DNA of 34,834 bases from a virus. Its lineage: Duplodnaviria; Caudoviricetes. A program made the translations under genes and the position numbers. Location of the stretch: positions 1 to 34,834 of the IMG/VR virus record IMGVR_UViG_3300033067_001881. One strand, written 5' to 3'. Below are positions 19,311 through 27,799 of the stretch, piece by piece. The notes under the pieces were generated by a model that saw nothing but the letters and a program-made list of their open reading frames with translations, did not search any database and was not told the origin of the DNA. Position 1 is the stretch's first letter. Every line of letters begins with the position of its first letter.

Positions 19311-19736
19311 TTAGATACCCTCTAAATCTTCAACAATAACAAGTTCAACTTCAATAGCACCCCATAAATCTACAAGTGTACCATCAGCAGTTTTTCTGAT
19401 TTCAAGCCTGTAAGAAGTAGCAGAAGTCTTATACAAATTAAATGATACCATATTAGTATCAAATTCTCTTAGAAATACTTTTGAAGTAAAAGTATAATCT
19501 CCTACAGTAGAAACTGTAGTTGCAATATTAAGTAAACCGGTAGAAACTCTTGTAATAGTTACATCACCAAAATACTTAGCATTTACTTTCTCCGCAAGTT
19601 TAGTGGGATCATTTGTACCATTATCTGCAAGTACAACCATGTATTGTGTATCTTTATTTTTTACATTAGCAGCTTTCAATAATGCTTTTTGCATTTCTGC
19701 TTTTGTATTACCTTTTGGGAAATCGTAAATTGGCAT
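19311..19736 (-). CDS. Hypothetical virion protein (possible head fibre/decoration)
   Basis: 141 aa, beta-rich with 'TRVSTG' motif, inside the structural cluster. Confidence 0.45.
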   Translation of the reverse strand: MPIYDFPKGNTKAEMQKALLKAANVKNKDTQYMVVLADNGTNDPTKLAEKVNAKYFGDVTITRVSTGLLNIATTVSTVGDYTFTSKVFLREFDTNMVSFNLYKTSATSYRLEIRKTADGTLVDLWGAIEVELVIVEDLEGI

Positions 19737-19770
19737 ATTTTTATTTTTTATTAGGTTAATTGAATAATAG

Positions 19771-19842
19771 TTGCGAGGGTAGGACTCGAACCTACATATT
19801 TAAAATTATGAGACTTATGAGTTACCAATACTCTACCTCGCT
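19771..19842 (-). tRNA. tRNA-Met(CAT), initiator-like, atypical anticodon stem (possibly pseudo)
   Basis: Cloverleaf: acceptor GCGAGG/CCTCGC with A1xA72 mismatch, D stem GAGT/ACTC, loop CTCATAA, T arm GTAGG-TTCGAGT-CCTAC, discriminator A; no encoded CCA (CTA follows). Confidence 0.85.
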
Positions 19843-19849
19843 AGTTTAT

Positions 19850-19883
19850 AATAAAATACAGAGGGGAAAAGTTCCCCCTCTGT
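19850..19883 (-). terminator. Intrinsic terminator after auxiliary capsid gene
   Basis: ACAGAGGGG(GAACTTTT)CCCCTCTGT followed by ATTTTATT on the minus strand. Confidence 0.75.
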
Positions 19884-19899
19884 GAAATTATTTAACAAA

Positions 19900-20994
19900 T
19901 TAACAGGCTGCTGTTGGAAGTGCAGGAATAGCAAGAGCAAGTTGACTAATCACTCTATTTATAACTGCTACTACAGAGGCATCTGTAGTGGTACTTGTAG
20001 CAGGTACGGCAATAATAGTAGATGCTGTATTAAAGAAATCTACAAAATTGGATGTACCTTTAACTTCATAATTAATTACAAATTGGCGATAGTTTGTAGT
20101 ATCACTAACTGAATAATTAAAAGTTTTGTAAGGGAAAGGAACAACAGAAGAAGTTCTGTAGATACCCGGTTCTCCTGTCCAACCTAAAGCTTCTGATTCA
20201 AGTTGTTTAAGATCATAACCTGCTCCTTGTTCAACTACAGGTTGTACTGTAACTGTAACTGTTCCATTACATTCAAATCCACAACCAAGTGAAGGTTGAA
20301 TATTGAAATTTCTAATTGAAGTATACTTAGGGTTAATATTGCAGAATTTAGTTACTGCTGCACTAACTGTAGTTACACGAAGAAAAGGACAAAGAGTAGG
20401 ATTAGCTATTACCCAATCAGCAAGATCTTCAGGCTCAATTACATCTCCACCTGCTGCATCAATATATTCTGCTACAAGTAATCCTTCAGGATCAGTATTA
20501 ATAGCATTATAAAGTAGAGTAGCAAGTTCAGAACAACTTCCATCAGGGCAAGCTGCACAATCATCAGTACAACAAGAAGTATGTACTACAAAAGATTTAG
20601 CTGCAAAAGATGTTCCTGAAATCTGATATTGTGTCATACTTGTAAAAGGTACTTTAAGACAATAATCCGTATTACAAGCTGCTTTAAAATCAGTAATTTC
20701 AAATACAGTTTCCACAGGGGCAACATAACATCTTGAATTTACATAATTAATAAGGCGGGGATTAATTTTTTGCCCTGCTGATTCACGAATAGAACCATCT
20801 GCAAGTTTAGTTGCAAAAAATATTTCGTTACCAATTTCTGCTGCGGTAGAGGTAGCATCAAGAGATAGTCCTGTAGTTTTACTAAATAAGCCAAGACCAC
20901 CTGTTGCTAAAGCAGCAAGTGTTTGGTTTTTAGCTAACATAGCACTATTTCCTGTTGTTGCCAGTACTGCAAATTGATCATTTTGATTTGGCAT
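19900..20994 (-). CDS. Auxiliary capsid protein (crAss-like)
   Basis: 364 aa Ala/Thr-rich; 'G.GYDLKQLESEALGW..G.YR' motif; located shortly after the MCP as in crAss-like phages. Confidence 0.68.
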   Translation of the reverse strand: MPNQNDQFAVLATTGNSAMLAKNQTLAALATGGLGLFSKTTGLSLDATSTAAEIGNEIFFATKLADGSIRESAGQKINPRLINYVNSRCYVAPVETVFEITDFKAACNTDYCLKVPFTSMTQYQISGTSFAAKSFVVHTSCCTDDCAACPDGSCSELATLLYNAINTDPEGLLVAEYIDAAGGDVIEPEDLADWVIANPTLCPFLRVTTVSAAVTKFCNINPKYTSIRNFNIQPSLGCGFECNGTVTVTVQPVVEQGAGYDLKQLESEALGWTGEPGIYRTSSVVPFPYKTFNYSVSDTTNYRQFVINYEVKGTSNFVDFFNTASTIIAVPATSTTTDASVVAVINRVISQLALAIPALPTAAC

Positions 20995-21024
20995 TTTTTG
21001 TTTGTTTTAAATAAGTAAAAAAAA

Positions 21025-21780
21025 TTATTGAACGGTGTTTATTTTTTCATTTTTAATTTGCACTAATTCAGGACTAACTTGTATAGTTGCAATCTTAACT
21101 GCTATATCTACAATTTCATCCCAAGTATGCTTTGCTAATTCACAATCCTGTTTACCTGTTAAAGGTGTTGATTCACCGGGTAAAGTATATCCTGTTGGAG
21201 ACCATTGTTCTGCAAGGTGAATATATTTTGGATAACGAATATAAGTAATAAATGCTTTTGTTAAAGTAAAAGTTTCATCAACATAATATTGTAATTTATT
21301 GCCAAAAACTGTTACATTAGATTTTCTCCATTCAAAAGAAGATTTTGTAAAAGGATTGAATTCAAATTCATCTTCATGTTGACGTACAAATCCTCTTAAT
21401 CTTTTAACGCATTTATATGTTTTATTTTTTTTGTTTTCTTGTGTAGTTATTATTTTTTCAGCTTCTACTTCAGATACTACATAAAACATGTAGTCTGAAG
21501 GTAATGTGGCAATATAACTATTTGTATTGTATTTTTGTACATCAATGCCGGATAAGTCATTACCTTCAACTACAAGAGGTCTTATATCATTAATTGTTCT
21601 TTGATTTAACTCAAATCCCAAATTATTAGGTACACGAGGTTGAGCAATTTTCTTAATGAAAATTAACTGTGCTTCATTAATTAATTCAAAAATTTCAGGA
21701 AGTTTAAAGTTCCTGTTTTGAGAAGAATCAACTTTATTGTATTCAGTCTTAAACTTTCTTAACATGTAAGCAGCACTCAT
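21025..21780 (-). CDS. Tail ring protein (crAss-like)
   Basis: 'YNKVDS...EIFELINEAQ...GFE..QR.I.DIRPLV...LPSDYMF...YIRYP...CEL..HTWDEIVDIAV' pattern. Confidence 0.75.
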   Translation of the reverse strand: MSAAYMLRKFKTEYNKVDSSQNRNFKLPEIFELINEAQLIFIKKIAQPRVPNNLGFELNQRTINDIRPLVVEGNDLSGIDVQKYNTNSYIATLPSDYMFYVVSEVEAEKIITTQENKKNKTYKCVKRLRGFVRQHEDEFEFNPFTKSSFEWRKSNVTVFGNKLQYYVDETFTLTKAFITYIRYPKYIHLAEQWSPTGYTLPGESTPLTGKQDCELAKHTWDEIVDIAVKIATIQVSPELVQIKNEKINTVQ

Positions 21781-21798
21781 ATCCTAATAGTTGATTTA

Positions 21799-22611
21799 TT
21801 ACTTTTCTTCTATCTTAGCAATGATAGTTGCTTTAATAGATTGGTTTTGTTTGTCAGAAAGAAACTTTACTGCATCATCAATGTTAACACCAATAAGTTC
21901 ATCCATGAAATAAAGGTTAGAATTCTTTTTAATAATTACACCTCTAAAACTTGCTTCATTAATCAATGCTCTTAAATGCAATTCAGCTTTATTCATTCTT
22001 GCATAGCTAAGAAATCTTTCAATATCACTCTCAATAGCTTCTCCAATAATAGTCATCAAAGTATTTTCTGATGCTTTTCTTACCGGTTTATTATACACAA
22101 TTTGAGCAATGTTTCTCTTTTCTTCCATAGTAAGAGAAGCTACCAAAGTCCAAGCATCACTTTTGTTACTATAAACTTTACTCTTCTTTTCCATTTCTTC
22201 TTCTTCATCATATATAACATGTGTAGCTTCAGGGTACAATCCTTGTTCCCAATCTTTTACACTATTAGCTACATACTTAAATCTAGGACTTTTCAAGTAA
22301 GCTACTTTAATAAAATCCAAAGGTTTTGATGTATCAAAGGTTACAGCATGATTTGGTAATTTAACAACAACTTCACTTGATCCCCAAAATGGGTGTGGTT
22401 TACTAGGGTCATAAATATTACTCAAATCTCTGTTAGGTATTAAATTAGACAATCTTTTAAGATCATCATCATTTAGGTTTGTATCATATCCACCAATTTC
22501 ATCTGAATACAAAGGGCAATATTTTTTTGGTTGTGAAAAAGAATCTGCTCCTTTTTTACCATGCCATTTTTCAATATCCAATGGTTTAATTGTTACTATA
22601 TTGTTTGTCAT
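21799..22611 (-). CDS. Conserved crAss-like protein downstream of the major capsid gene
   Basis: Likely start MTNNIV at 22611 (the track start at 22662 lies within the MCP terminator); 'PFW...PLDFIKVAYLK' motif; synteny. Confidence 0.65.
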   Translation of the reverse strand: MTNNIVTIKPLDIEKWHGKKGADSFSQPKKYCPLYSDEIGGYDTNLNDDDLKRLSNLIPNRDLSNIYDPSKPHPFWGSSEVVVKLPNHAVTFDTSKPLDFIKVAYLKSPRFKYVANSVKDWEQGLYPEATHVIYDEEEEMEKKSKVYSNKSDAWTLVASLTMEEKRNIAQIVYNKPVRKASENTLMTIIGEAIESDIERFLSYARMNKAELHLRALINEASFRGVIIKKNSNLYFMDELIGVNIDDAVKFLSDKQNQSIKATIIAKIEEK

Positions 22612-22643
22612 TTCTTTTTTTGTTAATATGTTAATGTTAAATA

Positions 22644-22676
22644 ATTTAAATAAAGGGGGCAACGAATCACCCCCTT
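22644..22676 (-). terminator. Intrinsic terminator after major capsid gene
   Basis: AAGGGGGTGA-TTCG-TTGCCCCCTT followed by TATTT. Confidence 0.78.
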
Positions 22677-22685
22677 AAAAGTGTT

Positions 22686-24146
22686 TTATCGTCCTAAGTA
22701 TAGACATCCAAGAGTAGTAGGATCATCTACTTGAATACCTTGTTGGATGTGTACGTGCATATCATAGTAATCTCCTTGATGCGATGCCATTGTTTTATTT
22801 CCATTTCCATAAGGATTAATCATACCTGAAGTATAGATCAAACTAAATGAATTAGGCTTTTTAACAACCTTAATGTTTTGAGAAGCTGCTTTTCCATCAA
22901 GATTCAAGAAATACAATTTCTGTGATTCTTTAGGGAAACCTGTTACAGGATCAATTTCTCCATGTAGCATAGGATCATCTTGAGCAGGGTTGTGTACAAA
23001 AGTTAGTGTTCCACCTGTAGGAGCAGCAAACTTAGTAAACTTATAACCAAATCCCCAAGCATTTTCATGGTAAGGAGAAGAATCACGACTTACAGAGAAT
23101 GTATCAACAATCTTAGTATAACCTGATGCAGCAAACTTATCATCAATTGCTCTGTGAGCATTCAACATTCCATACTCACCTGTCATAATTACTTTGTCTC
23201 TTGCTTTACCCGGTTTCAACCTTGTGTAATCCAAGTCCATAGTAAATTCTTCAAGCAATTTAGTAGTCAAGTGTTCATAAGTTGCAGTATGACCATCTTC
23301 CATAATAATTTGATCAAGACCTGCACCTGTTCTAATAGGTCTGTTTGTAGAACCTTTTATAGAATCATTTTTACGTTGATACCAAAGACCAAGATCAAGT
23401 TCTTTATACCATTGTGACCAGTATTCTGCTTCTGCATAACTAATCCAAGTTGCATGTTGTTTACCATCTGAACCCGGAAGCATTACAATCAAAGCACCAT
23501 CACGGTGAACATCACCTGTTACCTGATACGTTTTTCTATATCTGCTCAAACGAGAAGCAAGAGAGATAGGAGTACGGTAAACAGTACTTCCTGATTGCTC
23601 TGAACCTTCTTCATAGTTGGCAAACATTTTTTGCCAAGGTTGATTTTGAGCCAACAAAGCAGGAGGGATAAAGAAATCATCTCTATCAGAAGTATGAACA
23701 CAAATGTATTCCCATTTGTCACCTTTACGTGTAGGAACTTCTTGAATTCTTACTTGATATTTAGAATCCCCTCTTACAGGTTTCATTACGTCACCCGGCT
23801 TATAGAAATTCTCATCAAGAGATACAATAAAAGGTTGTCGATATCTACCCGGTTGAGTAGCATTAACACCTACGTTTACGTTACCCATTGAAACAAGGGG
23901 CCTGCATGCACCTGCATCCATATCCCATTCCCAATCGGTTTTACTTACATTTGAACTTGCTCCTAGTTGACCAAGTACAGTAGATAGTGAGTTATCTGAA
24001 TAATAACTTGCAGTAAAGAGTTTATTCCATACATTCAGCATTTTTTCAGGCTCAATAAGAGTGGCATGACCAAGATGGTTCATTTCTGTCATATTAGCGT
24101 GCCAAGGTCTTATTTGAGTTACAAATTTAGACGAATTAATGTTCAT
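22686..24146 (-). CDS. Major capsid protein (HK97 fold, crAss-like)
   Basis: 486 aa; 'MTEMNHL', 'RPIRTGAGL', 'MTGEYG', 'FVHNPAQDDP...HGEIDPVTGFPKES' motifs; follows portal and scaffold; followed by a terminator. Confidence 0.9.
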   Translation of the reverse strand: MNINSSKFVTQIRPWHANMTEMNHLGHATLIEPEKMLNVWNKLFTASYYSDNSLSTVLGQLGASSNVSKTDWEWDMDAGACRPLVSMGNVNVGVNATQPGRYRQPFIVSLDENFYKPGDVMKPVRGDSKYQVRIQEVPTRKGDKWEYICVHTSDRDDFFIPPALLAQNQPWQKMFANYEEGSEQSGSTVYRTPISLASRLSRYRKTYQVTGDVHRDGALIVMLPGSDGKQHATWISYAEAEYWSQWYKELDLGLWYQRKNDSIKGSTNRPIRTGAGLDQIIMEDGHTATYEHLTTKLLEEFTMDLDYTRLKPGKARDKVIMTGEYGMLNAHRAIDDKFAASGYTKIVDTFSVSRDSSPYHENAWGFGYKFTKFAAPTGGTLTFVHNPAQDDPMLHGEIDPVTGFPKESQKLYFLNLDGKAASQNIKVVKKPNSFSLIYTSGMINPYGNGNKTMASHQGDYYDMHVHIQQGIQVDDPTTLGCLYLGR

Positions 24147-24173
24147 TTATTATTGTTTTAAAAATGTGGTTAT

Positions 24174-25331
24174 TTATAAGAAATCAAGAAAACTTTTAGG
24201 TTTTCCTGTTTCCGTTTCTACTTGTGTTCTTTGCAATGTACTATTTACTTTCTTTATTACATCTGTTGTTTTTACAGCATCAGATATTTTAAATTCACTT
24301 CTTAGTAGTTTTGCAATTGCAAATCTTTTTTCAGGATCAGATAAAGCTTTTTGAAGATCAAAATTAAAAGCTGACATTGTTCCATTATCTGTCTCAACTG
24401 TACCTTTTAAAATATAATCCTTTATCTCTCCTGCTTCTTTTTTACCAATCTTAATGTCTCCAACAACAGATATTTTATTTGAAGTATCTTTTATTGCTTT
24501 AATATACTTCTCGGCATTTAATCTATCTCTTTCTTTTTGAGCTTTCTGATTGGCAATTATTGACGCTTCTTCTTTTGCTTTTTTATCTTCAATCTTAGGA
24601 AGATACTTAGAAGCATACTTTTCTATTTGAGAAGTATCTCTAAGATTTTCAACAAAAAGGTCTGCATCATCTTCATCCATTCCCATTATTTCAGTTTGAT
24701 AATACTTAATGATTTTTTCACCATCGGTATCTTCATTAAAAGAAGGTATTGAAGAAACAGATTTAAACTTTTTAATAAAGTCATCACCTGTTCCACCATC
24801 TTTAATAAACTGAAAAAACTTTTTAGTTGTAGAATCAGATTCTTCAATAAGTTCTTCAAATCGACTTTCAAAATATGTGTCATAACTTTTTACAACAGCA
24901 TTAATTTTATCTTCATCATTTTCTAATCCTTCAGTATCTATCAATCCTTCTAACTCATCAATTTCTGATAGAGTTTCAATTAAAAAATCTGCCCCTGATA
25001 ACTTTTTACCTGTGTTTTCATTTTCATTAACAGGTGGGATTTTCTTAGAACCCTTATCTATTTTACTTTCATTATCAGAATCATTATTAAATTCATCTTC
25101 TATTTGAGCCAAGGCATCTTTAGCTGCTTTTTCTTTTAGTTTTTGAATTTCTTTGTCTTCATCATCTTCATCACTTGATACATCAGTAGTTTTATTATTA
25201 GGTGTAGTTTGAACAGAATCAGGTTTTACTTTTGATTCCGGTTCATCTATAATTCCTAAAGCAATATCTATTTCAGTACTAAGGGGATCAGTATCCCATG
25301 AAAAATTGTCAAGGTCTTTGTTGGTATTCAT
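24174..25331 (-). CDS. Acidic scaffold-like protein
   Basis: 385 aa; Asp/Glu-rich disordered N-terminus and helical C-terminus; between portal and MCP. Confidence 0.65.
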   Translation of the reverse strand: MNTNKDLDNFSWDTDPLSTEIDIALGIIDEPESKVKPDSVQTTPNNKTTDVSSDEDDEDKEIQKLKEKAAKDALAQIEDEFNNDSDNESKIDKGSKKIPPVNENENTGKKLSGADFLIETLSEIDELEGLIDTEGLENDEDKINAVVKSYDTYFESRFEELIEESDSTTKKFFQFIKDGGTGDDFIKKFKSVSSIPSFNEDTDGEKIIKYYQTEIMGMDEDDADLFVENLRDTSQIEKYASKYLPKIEDKKAKEEASIIANQKAQKERDRLNAEKYIKAIKDTSNKISVVGDIKIGKKEAGEIKDYILKGTVETDNGTMSAFNFDLQKALSDPEKRFAIAKLLRSEFKISDAVKTTDVIKKVNSTLQRTQVETETGKPKSFLDFL

Positions 25332-25395
25332 AACGTTTTTGTTAATTTAAAAGTTTAATAATTTCAATTTTAAAAATGTAATGCTATTATAGCGT

Positions 25396-27789
25396 TTAAG
25401 TAGTTTTAGCATTAATCTTTTTATTTTCAAGTTTTAGTTTTTCTTTATCCATTACTTTTTGATGTTCTAATTTATCTCTTTCCAAATCTAATTTAGATCT
25501 TTTTAAAAGTTCATCTTTTGCATTCTTAGCAATCTCTAATACATCAGGTACATCATTGTTATTTGTATCTTTATCTTCAGCAAATCCTAATGCAAGTATA
25601 GTTTGTTTTGTTAATTCAATATCACCTTTAACTCTAATTTCTTCAATATTGTAATCATGTTCAATACCCATTAATTCTTTTTGTTTCTCAAACTTAGAAA
25701 GTTCCCCTTGTTGTTTTAATTTTTCTAATTCCTGTGCATTTTGAGAAGCTTCCATAGATTTACGTTTTTCAGCAAGTTCTAATTGTTCAATTGCAGAATG
25801 GATATTTTCACCTTTCATTATCTTAGCAATATCTGATACATCTGCTCTTTGATTTTGAAGTGCTGCTTGAGCAAGATTCTCCATTGTATTTTTTATTTTA
25901 GCTGCTTTACCGGCATTATCTACATAAACAACAGCTTGCATTTTTGCAAGAAGATCAGGTTTAACAGTAAACAATTGAGTGGTCAAATCATCTGTAATAT
26001 AAGCTAAACTTTCTTCTCCTTTAATTGTATGTAATATAATAGCAGTTTCAGCAATACCTTGTAATACACTTCTTTTAGCAAGATTGTGTAAATTAAATAT
26101 TGGTTCTAACATATAAGAACTTGATGTAATTGCTTGTTGTGTATTTCTTACAGCAGTATCAGGAGCATTTTGCCCTTTCATAGAATCATTAAGACCTATA
26201 ACATTATGACATTTCATTTCCAAATATCCTGCAAGTTCTAAATATCCTGCAATATCATTTGCTGTTGACATATCAATTTGTTGTGCAGCATTTCCTATAG
26301 TAGTTCTATCAGAAGTAGTATCAACTAAACCTATTTTAGTCTTAGAAAGAAAGTCTAAAAATTTAAGTGGTGTAGTTCCCTTTTTAGGAATTATATTTTG
26401 ATTAAGTAATAACCATTTACCTTTATTGGCAGCAAGTAACTCTTCTATTCTGTACCAAATAATATCATACATGTAATTGTACACTTTCATTCTATCCATT
26501 GTACAAGTAACTTTGGAATTCAGATTATCCATGATTACTCCTTTATAAGGAGATTTACAATAGTACAAATTATCAAAAGTTTTATATTGCCCGGGTACAG
26601 GTCTCATTAACTTATACATATCAGCACCAATACAATATACCTCATGGTATTCAGGAATAAACTGCCATTCAATTTTTATATCTCCACCTTCTCTATCAAA
26701 AGAATACATTTCATCTACAAGATCATTTTGAATTTCACCTTCATCATCTATAAAAGTTAAAATGCCAATTTTTCTTAGTGATCTGAATGTCACATGTGTT
26801 ACTCTCCAATTTGAAGCACCAAGTACATTATTTTCATCAAACTCAAGACCATCATTATTATAATTTGCATATTGACCTTTATGTACTGTATCAATTTCTT
26901 CTTTAGTCAATTCATTACCACATAACTCCATTATTTCAGCAGGAGTCATTTCTATTACAGCTTTTTGCCATTGACCATCTTCAATAAACATTAGATCATT
27001 AGATCTATCACATTCAAATTCAATTGCATTAACCGGATTACAAACCAATCTACCACCTCTTATACCAACATAATAAGGTTCAAAACCACTTAACAAAAGA
27101 TGTTTAAACCCCCTTTGGAATTTTATTTCAACATCTTCTTTTTTCATGTAGTAATTAATAAGATCGGTAATTAGTATTTCACCTTCCTCTTTATAAGTCC
27201 TTTGAAAACTTTTCTTTAAACTTTCAGGACTTTTACTATCTACCTCTTGTTCAATTTGTTGTTGAATTTGCTGCATCTCTTCAGGTGTCAACTCTCTACC
27301 TTGTATTTCAGCTTTAGCTTTTTGTTCAGCTTGTATTCTAATATCTTTTGTTACATATTGAATAACAAAGGTTTTGAACTCTTCAAATTCTGCTTGTTCT
27401 CTTGTTTGAATAGCTTCAGGATTCATAGAAAATGCTCCCCATGTAAATGCTCTTGACATATCAATACCTAAAATAGCATTGATATTATCTGACACAATAT
27501 CCTTATGTGTAAAGTTTACAGGTGTTCCTGTTCCTAAACCTTCCTTACCAAAAGGTTGACATACATGAGAATATTCTTTAACATTAACAAGATTATTATA
27601 AATATCATAGTTTACTTGTCTTCGTCTTCTATCAGATATTTCATCATTAAAAGGGTCAGTAAATCCTGCACTATCCCTTATAACACTATTGTAATGATAT
27701 TTATACCAAGCAAAATCATCTTTTTCTTTTTCCTTTTGAGATAGTTGATGAGAATAGGCTTCAGTATTTTTATTAAAATTATTTTTCAT
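25396..27789 (-). CDS. Portal protein (crAss-like)
   Basis: 797 aa directly after terL; 'NYDIYN', 'DLMFIEDG', 'MDRMKVYNYMYDIIWYR', C-terminal 'DTNNNDVPD' and coiled coil. Confidence 0.9.
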   Translation of the reverse strand: MKNNFNKNTEAYSHQLSQKEKEKDDFAWYKYHYNSVIRDSAGFTDPFNDEISDRRRRQVNYDIYNNLVNVKEYSHVCQPFGKEGLGTGTPVNFTHKDIVSDNINAILGIDMSRAFTWGAFSMNPEAIQTREQAEFEEFKTFVIQYVTKDIRIQAEQKAKAEIQGRELTPEEMQQIQQQIEQEVDSKSPESLKKSFQRTYKEEGEILITDLINYYMKKEDVEIKFQRGFKHLLLSGFEPYYVGIRGGRLVCNPVNAIEFECDRSNDLMFIEDGQWQKAVIEMTPAEIMELCGNELTKEEIDTVHKGQYANYNNDGLEFDENNVLGASNWRVTHVTFRSLRKIGILTFIDDEGEIQNDLVDEMYSFDREGGDIKIEWQFIPEYHEVYCIGADMYKLMRPVPGQYKTFDNLYYCKSPYKGVIMDNLNSKVTCTMDRMKVYNYMYDIIWYRIEELLAANKGKWLLLNQNIIPKKGTTPLKFLDFLSKTKIGLVDTTSDRTTIGNAAQQIDMSTANDIAGYLELAGYLEMKCHNVIGLNDSMKGQNAPDTAVRNTQQAITSSSYMLEPIFNLHNLAKRSVLQGIAETAIILHTIKGEESLAYITDDLTTQLFTVKPDLLAKMQAVVYVDNAGKAAKIKNTMENLAQAALQNQRADVSDIAKIMKGENIHSAIEQLELAEKRKSMEASQNAQELEKLKQQGELSKFEKQKELMGIEHDYNIEEIRVKGDIELTKQTILALGFAEDKDTNNNDVPDVLEIAKNAKDELLKRSKLDLERDKLEHQKVMDKEKLKLENKKINAKTT

Positions 27790-27799
27790 TCTTTATTTT

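Noticed and set aside
22612-22662. Longer N-terminus (MPPLFKLF...) of the gene after the MCP
   Set aside because: That start lies within the terminator hairpin; ATG at 22611 has a typical A-rich leader.
26222-26257. 18-bp tandem in portal (AGYLEL/AGYLEM), and a 12-bp tandem near 4595-4616
   Set aside because: Short in-frame coding duplications with no evident function.
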